Source: Tricharina praecox | Taxonomy: Eukaryota | Assembly: GCF_024521635.1 (NCBI RefSeq) | Contig: NW_026250420.1 | Location: forward strand, 496,001-560,000 | Direction of reading: 5' to 3' | DNA: 64,000 nt | Shown here: piece by piece, positions 36,385-49,669 of the stretch | How the letters are laid out: every line of letters begins with the position of its first letter | How positions within the stretch are numbered: the first letter of the stretch is position 1 | The notes under the pieces: generated by a model | Seen by the model: the letters and a program-made list of their open reading frames with translations, nothing else | The model's database searches: none | Told to the model about the DNA's origin: nothing | Position numbers and translations under genes: made by a program

Positions 36385-39300
36385 CTACTTCCTCATGAAG
36401 CAGCAACAAACCGCCGCGCGGCCCAAGAAGTACGTGAACCCACAGAACCTAAAAAACGACAGAGCTGCTGTCGCAAGCAAGATGAAGCGGAAGTATTCGG
36501 CGGTCCTCTTCTTCGAGTCTGGGCCGACCCAATCGAACGCCTCGGATGTGACAAACACCGCTACGGCGGCGTTCAGTATGATCCACGCAGTGATCAGCCG
36601 GGTGCGGAAGGACTTGTACGAGTCGTCGAGACTCTTCTCCTCCTTCTCCTCCTTGATCTCGATGGGTCGCAGGCAGCGCTTGACGACTTCCTCGAACTGC
36701 GAGTCCACGTCCGTCTTCGGTATCACCTCGACCTCCATCACTTTGTCGCCGCCCGCGATCTTGTGCGTTTTCGCCGACGGCATCGCTTCGGCCGTGTCGG
36801 AGCCCTTGGTGCCCCACGACACGTCGTGCCAGTTGCAGAAGGCGTAGACGTTCAGGACGTTGGTGTACGACGACGCGAGGAAGAGGTATGCCGGGAACGA
36901 GTGCAGCATGTGCCACGGGTCCAGGTACATCAGGGAGGACACGATGTAGAGGCCCCAGGTCGCGGCGAGGGCGAGGATGATCAGACCGGTGTTGGTGACA
37001 AACATGTTTGTGATGAAGCCGCCGACGGTCGGGGAGTAGAGCTCGTCCCATCCGGCGGTCTTGGAAAAGGCGTTGAAGACCAGGTAGAAGGAGAGGATCA
37101 GGACGTATGCCTGTATGAGACCAAAGATGACGAAAGACAACATGTAGGCCTTTTTGGATCTGGATAGAGGTCAGCCCAGGGATCAGGGAGGAGGAAAGCG
37201 GAGCGGTGCTCTGTTACCCTTTGGGACGATTGCCCAGCGCGAGAACGAATTGCAAGAGCAGGAATGCGAGATATATGTATTTGAGGAACGAGTTGACGAT
37301 CGGCGAAACCGTGTCTCCGAACGGCCAGCCCACTTTGCCCAACGTCTTTTCCTCAGCCGTTGGATTTCCGACCAAGTCCATGATGACGGAAGTAGTCAGC
37401 CAGAAGGAACCTAAATTTTCCGCACCGTAAGTATCCATTCGAGGCTAGAAACAAACTGCACGCGGGAACCTACTGATCATGAACCACGACATGATCGTCG
37501 AGAAAATATTGTACAACAGCTGGCAGTGGAAGAAGAACATGCGGATGATGTTGTGGCTGCTCTTGTACATCTTGCCAAAGTGCATCAGAGCGTAGATGGT
37601 GGCCGCGAAGGATCCGTTTAGCCATCGTCGTCTCTGCGAGATGAACTCGGCGGCGCCATCCGGAACGTCGGTCTCGGCCTTTGCGCTCTTGACGTACGAC
37701 AGATGCCACTTGCTTCCCGCTTTAACCACCACCTCGAAACAGAGAATACGGTCCTCGGCCAAGAACATGTTCTTCTTGAAGATGTTCATACCGTCGATTC
37801 CCTTCTTGCCGAAGCGTTCCGACATGGTGTGGTCGCCGTGAAAGTACTGGTCCAAGGGACGTCCGGCGATGGCTCTGTACCTGTACGCGGAGAAGGCACC
37901 AGGCTGGCGCTGTTAGTCCGGACCGTGCCGGCGATAGAGACAGAGAAACACATACCAAAACGGACACATAACCGAACGCCGATTCTAACGGCTTGTCCAG
38001 AATGTTACTGATCTTGTACTCAAAGTTCTGGGCCGCTACCAATGGGTTGACCAGATTCCTTCCCCGATGCCCCAACATGGCGTGAATCTCTCCACAAGCA
38101 CCGCCCAAGTTCCTACTCACGGTCAGCATATCAAAACATGGCGCAAGACGGGGAGGACAACGAACTTGTCATTATGGAACGCCTGCCAAAGAGCCAGCAG
38201 ACTCCCGGATCCGGGCTTAGTTCCTGCGTCGAGTAGGATACAGATTTCCGGCTGGAGGATCCTGCCGAACGCGTTGAACAGCCATCGGTGAGAGTTGATC
38301 TTCTTGCTGTTATTTTGCTTGAGGCAAAAGATGATTTGCGTCGGGGGAAACGCCGATTCGTCATCCTCGCCCTTGGGGCGGCTAAGGTGGTGGCTCGCCG
38401 TGACCGAGATCTGCGTGGTGTACTCGAAGATGTGCGCGGTGGTCGGCTGTCCGTCGACATCCTTCTTCATCACGTCGTTCTGGAAGACACCGACGGTTGC
38501 GAGAAGATCCAGAGTCTCCTTGTCGCACGGCCCGATTCCGTCGAACACGAGGCAGACCACAATCTTCTGCCACGCCGGTCCTCCCTTGTCCCAGAACTGC
38601 GACCTCTTGAGCTTCACAAACTCCTTCACATTCTGCATCACACCGTGGAGCGTGCGCGCCGTCAGGACTTTGTCCTCATTGTAATACGTAATGGCGATCA
38701 GAATCTCCGTGTGCCGATCGTACGTCTGCGCACGCAGGCTGTAGCCGTTCTTCAACGTGAAGTCGTCCGGATCACATGTGGCGGGAGTGTCTGTGGGGCT
38801 GAAGTTAGTTACACGAGACTACTAGTACTAGTACCACTACTACGCGGGGAACGACGTCTCTCTCCCCCGGAAAAACCTACACCGCATATGAGTGAACTCC
38901 TTGCTCCCCGTCTCCAGATCGCCCGCACGGTACTTTTCCTGGATGGCGTTCGCGACGGCCGAAGGCACCTCGTACTCGATCGACAGCGCCTGCCCCTTCC
39001 TGATCTTGACCTTCCTGGTCTCCTTCCGCCGAATGCCCATGCCACTGAGCGTCTGCCGCCGCCCGTCGAAATCCATGCTTGTGTTCCTACTGCTCACACT
39101 CATGGCACTGCTGTTGTCGTAGGGGGTTGTGGTCGCGCCATTGAACGAGCTCAGCGCCGACACCGACTCGTTCGAGAGCGTCGTCGGGAACGACTGCCGC
39201 AAGCCACCACCACCACCGCCCGGGGATGTCGGCCGCGAGTCGTCGAAGGGCCCATGGAAGGGTGATGGCCTGCCGGTGCCGATGGCTGGTGGGTCCTCGA

Positions 39301-39442
39301 GTGTGTAGTACGGGCCGGTCAGGGGAAGCCGCTCGGGCTGCTGGTCTGGGTCGGTGATGTCGGGAGCGCTGTATGCGTACGGATACGGGTGTGCCGAGTC
39401 TTCGAAGCTATTTCGCCGCTCTCCTCCGCCTGGGTATGCCAT
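36385..39442 (-). CDS. chsB: Chitin synthase, division 1, most like class III (ChsB/Chs-1 type)
   Basis: [93 protein letters not shown]; about 5 introns. Confidence 0.93.
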
Positions 39443-40905
39443 GTTGAGAGGGGAGTGGGATGGACCGAGACTATCGAACAAACGAGAGATTTTCCGATTT
39501 TTTTTGTATGGTACACTAGCAGCGGAAATACGGTGAAGGGTTCGTTCGAACGGTAGAGGAGGAGGAGGAACGATCTCAGACGGTGTGGTTAGATGTGGGG
39601 TTGGGTGGTCGGATGATTGATGGACCGTCGGGGGAGTGTTGTGCTGGAAGTGTCGAGATGAGGATGGTGATTGCCGGTTTGTTTTTCTTCCTGTACAGAA
39701 ACTGGGGTCGGGTGAAACGAAGGTGAAGGTGAAGGAAGAGGAAGACTAAGAGGTGGAGAAGGAGGAAACAGATCCAAGAACAACAAGAGCAGGCAGCAAC
39801 AATAACAACAAGGTAACGGCCGGGGACAATAAATAACAATGGGTCGGCAAAGACAAGGAGCGGTATGGTATGGAAGGTATAATAGTAATAATACGGGGGT
39901 GGGCGGGCTGAGTAACAACAACAATAGCAATTCGAATCTATGCCGACATGCACATGCACATGTAGAGTAGAAGAAAGTAGAGGATGTACCGGTTCCAGTT
40001 GTGGGAAGAAAGAAAGAAAGAAAGAAAGACACCGGAAAGCCGCGTAGGTGGGGACTGGAGGTTGTTAGGGATCCGGATCGTTAAAATAGAAATGATTTCT
40101 GGCAGCTTGGTGGGTTAACTGGGACATGTGCTAGTGGGGAGATCAACACGCCGACGACGAGGAAGAAGATGGAATCCGAAACGCAAGTCTGCGCGTAGAG
40201 TATGCATACTAGTATGAGGTAGGTGTGAAAACAAATAAGTACGTTGAGCATCCTCGGTCTTCCGGAGAGAGAGCCTGAGCACGCCCATTCTCATCCTTCC
40301 CCGAGAGACAGAGCACATTCAGTCTCAGTCTCAGTCTTGGTCTCAGTCTTGGTCTCAGTCTTCACGAGAGCCAGAATACCTCCTACTCACTCCACTCCAC
40401 CTAACTACCTCGTACCAGCCAAACCTCATTCACTCTCTCCACGCCGACACCCGTCCAAGCCACACTCTCCAGACCGCCGGCACCGCGAGTACCGGTACGT
40501 ACTCCAGTTACCTGACTACTACCGACCATCCGCAGCTTCAGCCATCCGCCCGCCCCACCCCCGCCTCCCCCTCAGACCGCATCCTCACATCCACCATCTC
40601 ACGTCTTCACATCCACCATCCACCATCCACCATCTCGATCGCTCGTCACACCACCACCACCACCACCACCATCTTTTGTTTGTTGTTTCTGACCCCACCC
40701 TCTCCCTCTTCCTCTCCCTCCCCATCCTCTTTCTCCCCACCCTCTCCCCTCCCCACCCGCGAACAAACTACTCACTGCATGCATGGCTGCCGAGCCAGCC
40801 CTTGCTAGCGGGTGCATCATACACAATACTAGTAGTTTGGCTAAGTTAGTGAACTAACTTATTTGTCGCGCTGATCGATGTTACCGTAAGTTCGTAACAC
40901 CCATG

Positions 40906-40947
40906 TTTTTGCTTTTTGCTTTTTGCTTTTTGCTTTTTGCTTTTTGC
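40906..40947 (+). repeat. (TTTTTGC)x6 microsatellite
   Basis: Six exact 7-mers. Confidence 0.9.
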
Positions 40948-43900
40948 TGAGCATGGGTCGGCATGCGCGGGCGGGTGCTCCACTGGATGACGGAATCGAC
41001 AGCGGAATCGACGGTGATGGCGACGTCGACGCCACAAACCGTGCGTTGCCAGATAAAAAAAGAAAGAAAAAACAGGATTGGACGGTGCCAGTGGGAATAA
41101 CTACCGGTACATCGGTATTTGCTTGAGGACTTACTTAGTAAGAAGGTCAATCGACAGACGAGAGGAGTGGGATGAACTGGAAATGCGAAAGAAAGGAAAG
41201 AAAGGAAGATCCCTCCATTCCCCTTCGGACTTCCTTCATTTCTCTGCCGGTCCAAGGTTCCACCGGAGCGGATCTTGACGGATCTCACGCACACGAGACG
41301 GCAGTGCGTCCGACCGACCGCCCAGTCAGTGCGTGCTGCTCCTGCTGCTGCAGCGGGTGCGGCGTGGCGCGGTTGCACTCCGGAGCGATCAGGATGGGAT
41401 GAGAATCAGGTTATGTACTCGTACATCATATGCGCCGTGTTGGAGTCTGGGGATTTTAACGCTGGCTTGATGGCTATAGCCTGTTGTTGTCGTTATTGTT
41501 ATGGTCGTCATCGTTGCCTGCCCGAGCCGCCCGCCAGTCAACTGCCCCACACCTGCGCACGCGGACTCTTGCCCGTCGACGTCCGCAACGTCTGCACGGC
41601 GCAACTGACTGCTCCGGCGGCGACGAAGACGATACTAATCATGTTTACTATTCGTAGAGTTGTAGTTAGTGCGAGTATGTACACTGCCATCGAGCCCGGC
41701 TGCCGATCGCTGAGCGTTGAAGAATCCATCCCCCGTAAGTATTTCTGTTGTGTATATGTAGTAAATCTGATGACTCGGTTCATCGCCTGACGGATCACGG
41801 TCGTGTATGGATTTACTAGGTAGTATATTAGTATTTCTGTTCTGTACAGTGTAAATTGCGCCCTTGGTTCATCGGGTTCACCTTTAGTGACGGATCACTC
41901 CAAAGCTCCACCCCTGAACACTGGCAGTAGGAATACGGCACAGGTTCTCTGCGGTATCGCCAGCTCGTGAGCACCAAATGGCCGGGACCGTACCTGGCAC
42001 CATGGTCACCATCCCCAGCAGCAACAGTTCTTTCGGCGGTCAGAGGGACAAATATCCGAGCAATCCGAGCAATCCGAGAATTCCGATCATTCCGACATAC
42101 TCGGACACTCGGACACTCGTACACTCGGACATTTTCCACGATGCCGGAAGCCGAGCGGGCCACACCACTAGGTCAAACGCCAAACACTAGTCAGGCGCGC
42201 ACAGATCTCGAAAGTCGATCGCGAGCTCGAGCTCGAGCTGTGTGCCCTGTGATGATGTCGTCTGTTCGGAAGTAGAGGCGAGAGCAAAGGCGGGAGCATA
42301 TGCGGGATGCATAACTATACCGGTAGTAAATGTGGATGGAAAGGTTGGAGAAAGAGATCCGAGAGACTCGAGAGACAGGACGGGTGGATGAATGCATTAA
42401 TTCGGACTCCGGAGAGGTGCTAGGCGAATCTCGAATCTCGGCTGGAAAGTGTAGATGGAGTGATGGGAGACCCAAGAACGGGTGAGAGGCAAAAGCGTGA
42501 TTAATTGGAAAAGAGTTGTATGGTGATGACGATGATGGTGATGTACAAGATGGTTATGTACAAGGTGGTGAGGACCATAGACCGACCGAAGAACAGGAAG
42601 AACAGAAACAGTGGCAACAGAATCAATCCAACGTTCGAATGGCCGCATCGGGCCTGCGTCGGCCTGCATCGGGTCCCACCTCCATAACACATCGGTCCCA
42701 TCAGGTCTCAACAAGGTCTCCTCTCTCGTCTCTCCAGTGCTCACCGATGATGCCAACTTCCGCCTCTTCCTTCGCACTCCTCAGTACCTGCCTACCTACA
42801 TACTGCCACCATGGGTAGAGTACTCTACATGTGTCACTTCAAGGGCATGCGCCGGTACTCTGTCTCAAAAGTCTATGGATGTGTGGATGTGTTGAATCTT
42901 GAATCCCCCAGTCTTCTGGATCGTGCTGTGCTGGGTGTGCTGAGAGTGCTGTGTTTGATCCACTATCCCGCCTCAATCCCGTCCCGTGCAGCCTCCAGAC
43001 TCCAAAGTCATGTTCGCAACTGCTACAGTCTTTGCCCTGAGTTTATGTCTCAGTGCTGTGCCGCGAGGCGGCAAGGCCGCGAATGGCATCGAAGGGCTCA
43101 CAGCCTCACACAGCCGACATACTCTACCGCACTCCATAGTACACTACTACCGGTATATAGCAGACACTGTCTCGGCACTCCCGAAGCGCAGACGGGAAGT
43201 TATACTCCACATATCATATCATATTCACTCATAACGAGCCCTCCGGCTCAGCCTTCAGCTCCACAGTCGTCAGTCGTTACCGGTCAGGAACGAATACGGT
43301 AGAGTAGGTTATGGACGGCCCACCGACGCCTCGGGCCTCGCGCCTCGCCAGCGGCCACCACAGTGCACACATCATTTCGCCTACATACCCCCTCCCACCC
43401 CCTCCAGGCTCTACCCCCTCCACCCCCTCCACCCCTCCGCCGGCTGTTCGCCCTCCCCTGCCTGCGGCGGAACTTCTGGAAGCCATTCTGCCATGGGGGC
43501 CCATCAGCCCTTCCCGGACGATTCCCGGATAATTTCCGGACATCGATCCGTGCCCCGTGCCCCATGTATGTATCTACTCTAGATACGTGTGCACATAGCT
43601 AAAGCAACGCCCACCGGAAGTCGGCGCGCTCGGAAGGAAAAAGGGAAAGGGAAGGGAAAAGGAAGGGGGAAAGGAAAAACAAAGCACAGCCGCAGGTTGG
43701 ATATGAATAGAACGGGATTAGGCAGACCACACCACTCACTCACAGGCTCCAGTATATACGGAGTACACGGACCACGCAGTCGCAGTCGCAGTGCGCACAC
43801 GAGACACGAGAGACCAGAGACCGGAGACCGCAGACCGGAGAACGCAGCGCAGCGCATGCAGGTACCCGTTGCATGTCTCACAGTCTCACAGTCTCAGCTC

Positions 43901-44131
43901 ATAGCGCCCGTACATACTCTGCATACTTATGATATGTGCTCAAGTAAGCAATTGCGTGGCTCCTCCGCGCTCCTTCCTTTCGCTATGTATGTACTCGAGC
44001 ACATCATAGAGTAGAGTAGAGTAACTTACGCGGGACGGCGGGTGGTTTGCCCGCTTGCTTCCTCACTTCCCCAAGAAAGGGGAGGCACCCCGACGTCCCA
44101 CGCCCACGCGGGAGCCGCACCCCTAGGCTCT

Positions 44132-44222
44132 CCCCAGTCCCCAGTCCCCCAGTGCCCCAGTGCCCCAGTGCCCCAGTCCCCCAGTCCCCCAGTCCCCCAG
44201 TCCCCCGAGTCCCCGAGTCCCC
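44132..44222 (+). repeat. (CCCCAGT/CCCCAGTG)n imperfect tandem repeat; G-tract array on minus strand
   Basis: About 12 units of 7-8 bp. Confidence 0.85.
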
Positions 44223-45725
44223 GGTCCTGCGCATGCCATGTCCATTCCGCTCATTCCGAAACGGACCGAGCCTCGGATCCGAGAACGCCAGCGTGGCGCA
44301 GGTTGCAACTCAAGCACACTCCCGGGGCTCCCGGGATCCCGGACCCGGGCTCCGAGAGTAGAGTAGAGTACGGTAGAGTGGATACTTGTAGAGTGCGCAT
44401 GTTCGGTATCGAATCGGATGGATAACTGTGGAACTCTGTGTAGAGGGAGAGTACCTAGCAATATTCCAAGCCCACTGCGGTGGAGTACCGTGGGTATACA
44501 GTTCTAGGGACCTCCCAGATTGTCAGACCCAAGACTCCCAGACTCCCAGAGCACCAGTACGGTACTCGGTCCATTCTACATCCTATCCATCCTCCCCGAC
44601 CCCGACAAACTACAGTTTCATCCATACCACGCCCTTCCCTTCGCTTCCCTCTCCTTCCCTTCCCTTCCGTTCCCATCCCATTCCATCCCTCCGTTTCATA
44701 CCCTTCCCTTCGTACCCGTATCGGCTTAACCAAACTCTACTCTAGTATGTAAACCCGCAGCTCCCAGTAAAACCAGGTGGGTGACGTGCCGGGTATACAT
44801 AGCACTACATATTACTATTACTAGTAGAGCACCTGCCTGTTTCTGGCGCTGGTCGAGTACTTTATCCAAGTATCCAGGTATGCACATAGCTTGGTCCTTG
44901 GGAATTTGGGAGTTTGCGCGACGGCCCCATGCCCCCCCCCCCTGCTCGGTCAATCGATAGAGTACTCTACTTACATGCACATGCTTTACTCTATGTAGAG
45001 CTGGCTGTCTGGTGGCCTGGAGCTGGTGACCTGGAGCTGATGACTGGAGCATGTCATCGCTGCGTAGAGCTCTACAACAGGCTTCAACCTCGAACTATGG
45101 GTTTACTATCGGTACCGGTATGGGACATCGCTTTCTTTTCATGTTTCGATCGTTGGTTGCTTGTTTATGACTCTATGGGGACATCGCTTTATTCCGTGTA
45201 ATCATCAATTACATGCGACCTTGCTTGACCATAGCAAATAGGGACATCGCTGGGATTTGATGGCAGGGATGTCACTCGCCGAGTGATCCCACATGACCCT
45301 CCACGACATCGCACGTTTCGTTCCCATGTTCACAGGCGGTGAGTGCGTCCATCTGCACAATTCCGATGTTGATTCGCACCCGCACAGTCCCACAATCCCA
45401 TAGCCATGGATTGTACTCCAGCAGGCCTGAGGCACCAAGATCAAGGCAAGGCAAGAAGCTACTTTCGATAGACCCCTTCGCCTACCTAGAGTAAGGCAGA
45501 GTAAGGCAGCCAGATCCCGGCCATTAAATAGGTACTGTACAACATCCCCACTCCCCTGCCCCATCCCCATCCATCCCCATCCATCCCCATCCCATCGTGC
45601 AATCAATCATAACAAGGAAACCAGTTTTTCTTCATCTCACTCCATACAATGACGTCCAAAACACAAACACACACAGACAAAAAGGACACGGAAAGCAAGG
45701 AAATACACATCATTAGAGTTTACAT

Positions 45726-48700
45726 CTAGTAACGTCTACCGCCACCACCGCCGCCACCGCCATTATAGCCGCCTCTGCCATTATCGCGGTTGTCACGGCC
45801 ATAACCGCCTCCTCCTCCGCGACCTCCGCGACCGCCGCCACCGCCGCCTCGGTAGTCGTTACCCTGGCCGCGTGGAGGACCAACGTAGGATCCTGCGTCG
45901 CGAACACCGGGGGGCGGTGGAGGCAGACCTCCGGCAAAGCCGCCTAGCGGTGGGGGAAAGCCGCCCCATGCACCTCCTGGCGGAGCGCCGTAGTTACCCC
46001 AGCCGCCGTACTGGTTTGCTCCTGGGATCGGTATGGCACCTGGCGCTTGCTGGTTGTGCTGAGGTGGAGGTGCGTTGTACGACTGTTGGTGCTGCTGCTG
46101 CTGCTGTCCGTGGCGATAATGTTGCGGAGGTCCGGTGGGTCCGCTGCGATCCGAACGGAAGGAGTTGTGGCCTCCACCACGGCCTCTGTGGAGAGGCGCG
46201 CCGCCGTATGATCGCCCCCTGCCTTCAGCGCGCATTTTGGTTTGTTCAATGTCTCCACGATTGAGCGTCGGTGGTTCAAGCTGGAGGCCGCGGAGGAGCA
46301 TGGACTTGTGGATGTTCTTGCTCTTTGGGATCTCGTAGCGCAAACTCATGGTGCGATCTTCTTCAAGGTCCGGCATGCCGCCTTCTTCGAGTGGGAAGAC
46401 AAGCCTGCTGCGCGGAAGGAAGGAGGGGTCCTTCTCGACTTTTCCTGCCAAACCCTCCGAGGTTCGGACATTGATCTTGTATTTCTACGATGTCCATCAG
46501 CGACTGGACGAACATTAGTGGAGTGTTCGGGGAAGCATACCGTGACATCTTGTTTCTTGGAGTAGAATCGCTTCACGACATCATCATACAAAGGATGTCC
46601 ATCAGAAATGAGCAGCGTGTCGTGACCCATAGCATTGCGAGCCGCGTCTTCCGTGGTGAGCAGAGGGTAGATCTTCTGCGCAGCATCCAGCAACCGTTTC
46701 TCGTCAATGAATGGCAATAGTGCAACACCTTGCCATGCAAATTTCTTTCCGTTCAGATCCAAGGGGAAAGTCTCAGGGTAGAAATCAATGATCTCAGAAT
46801 CCGGTTCCGTCATCAACTTCTGGAAGGGCGTAGGAAGGTTATGTTTACTAGCCGCTGGTAAGACACCCATCAATTGCTCGAACGGCTTGAAGGGTTTGCC
46901 CCCATTGAACTGGATGTCTAGTTTGCCCACGTCATGGAAATCCTGAGCGAATGGCGCGTAATGGTACGGGTAGTACCAGTTCCAACTGGGGCAGCCCTGG
47001 AAATAGTACTTGAGGACCCAGCAGAGGCCCTCTACATAATGAGCAGCAACTTTGTTCCTAAACTCAATGTCTTTCGGATCAACGTGAAACTTTTGCTCGT
47101 AATACCGATCTCTGTAGCCATCCTCCCAGAGACGAACAGTGTCTGGCGGCATCTCATCGTCTTTTTTAGGTGTTGGTGGTGGTGTTTGCTCCACTTCATC
47201 CGCCTTGCGCTTGTGCGGGACCACTGAACTTTCGGTATCCTCGACGGCGGGGGCGTCCTCCATTTCGGCACCGTTGACGGGTGATTCTGCAGCAACCTCC
47301 GACCCGCCCGACAGCAGCTGTGACTTGAGTGCTTGTGCGGCACTCTTGTTCTGTAGATTGGCCTTGCGGATGCCCTCCCTATTCATCACCATGTCGTAGT
47401 TCAGCTTCTTCGTTTCAGCGGAGAGATCTCCCGGCTTCATCAGCGGGATCATCGGTGGCGGCGCCGAGTCGGGAGGACCCTTTCTCTTTAGAATAGCATT
47501 TTCATATGCCGGTGCTTCAAGATTGTTTGCAGATCTGTTCCTTTGAGCCTCTTCATTCAGCTTGCGCTTTTTTGCGCCAGCCTCACGTCTAACTTCTCCC
47601 TGTCGCCGTCTTCTGAAGATAGCATCCTCCTGCTTGGCCAGCCCATCGAGGACAAACTGGACTTTGTCTAGCTCCACGGATCCGTCTTTGGTGAGGTATC
47701 CACCCATGACGGGCAAGTTGTCCTTCCAGATGGTCATAAGTGTATCTATTCCGCCGTCGCGAATCTCCAAACTGGGCAGATGGGGCAAGAAATCGTTTCC
47801 AACGAAGAAGCACATAAAGACCCAGTCATCGAGAGCGCGCTCAAGATCGAACTTGAATCCTTGATCTCTAACGTCAAGTTCTACCGCCAAATACTCACGT
47901 AGAATAGAAACGTGAAGCCAGATGAACGGCTTCTTCTTGACGGGTGCGGATTTCTCGTCAAATTCACCCTGCTTCTCCTTGGCTTTTCCCTTGCAGTCTC
48001 CAGCTTCATGCCCATTCTGTCCACAGATCTTGCATGCCTTTGACCGCGTATCTCCTGCAAACACGTCCTCACGCAACACTCTGAAGTGGGGTTCGTGGGT
48101 CCCAAGCCCCAACATGATGAGATCTGCATCCAGACCGTAGATGACGTGCCGAGTGTTAGGGTCATGTTCGGGATTGGCGCGCTGAGATCGAATGAACTCC
48201 ATGATCTTGTGTTCTCCTTCTCCGGGAACGGTCGAGTCCGAGATAATGACTTTCAACTATTCCGGTCAGTTAGCATCAATTATCCCAACCAAGACATTAT
48301 TGGGAAATACCTTCGCCCAAGCCGGATCGGTGTTCAGCTTATACGCAGTCCAGTACCGCAGAGACGCCGCCAGGATATCCATGAAAGGCGTTCCTGGAGT
48401 AATCGCATTGCTGTCCCAAACCTTCTGATTCTTCAGACTATCGTCAACTTTTGTGCCCTTCTGGCTCTCGAGCATCTTCATCAACTCCTTGGTCTCCTCC
48501 TCCTTGTCTTTGGCTTCCTGGGCGGATCTGAAACGACGGGACCGCTGCTGGTTCATTTTCGCACGGGGCGCAACACCATCTATGCGCGCATGATTGATCA
48601 GCAACCTGAGTCCCTCCTACATGGTGATTCTGGGGCGAGAGCGCATACCGACGGCGATCATGAGAACCTTGCGAGGTCGCACCATGTTTACAACACGCTC

Positions 48701-49019
48701 GGTGTACTTGAAAACCTCCATCATCATCTCCTCCTCGGTCTCGGGCGGCGGACGATCCTCGGGGTGCGAACACGGATGTACGATTCCATTCATATCGAGG
48801 TAAAGATTGTCATGCTGTAGTAAGAAATCATTATTAGCACGTGGGCGCTCCCTCGGACATCAAACAAGGAGGAGAACCGACTTCGCCATTGGGATTCGGC
48901 TTCGTATGGTCGACGGGCACAACAACGCCATCGATCTCCTGCGGCTCCTCCTCAATAACCGGTGAAACGATCTTCGGGTATCGCTGCGAAAGCCATCTGA
49001 ACAAGGCTGGGACACCCAT
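45726..49019 (-). CDS. RAT1: Nuclear 5'-3' exoribonuclease Rat1/Xrn2/Dhp1
   Basis: [70 protein letters not shown] knuckle [20 protein letters not shown]-rich tail; 4 introns. Confidence 0.97.
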
Positions 49020-49669
49020 ATTGTCGCGCGAAAAACGAGTTTCGCCACGCGTTTACCGTCGTGAACTGTGTGTGTAAAGGGCAGTGATGATTTTTTTCTT
49101 TAGCGTAAGGAAATCGGCGTGCCTCTTGTTGTTGGCGAAAGGGCTGGGAATGAAAATTCCCGAGTAGTTGAGGTGGGCGGACGTGGTGTGTCGTGCTGTC
49201 TGGCTGTCGCAGAGGTGAGAATGAGAATACTGAGTGAAGCGTTCGGGCGCAGCGTCGGGTAACCGCGTTTGCCAAGCCCCTATGCAGCCTGAGACGTAGC
49301 TTGTCTAATGGATCCGTCCAATCAATGTTCAAATCACATATTATCACACGATTGATTATCACTATGCCATGATCTAGAAAGGTTGAATGCATTATGACCA
49401 AAAAGGTGGTTGCCATTCACGGTTTGAGGACACTGGACCTGTTTGCTTCCCGATACTTGGATGAAAGTAAATAACATCAATGCAAACTATTGCCTAAGCC
49501 GAAAAGTAGAAAATAGAAGTACATTGACGACCCATTGAACAACCCCGAAACGCCCATGCAATAACCATCCCAAACGAGATATCTCTAGATGCCACGATCA
49601 AACGGCACACAAACAAGTGGTAAGAAGCAAAAGGTACATGTACACATCAACAGACATTGGTTTCCCATT

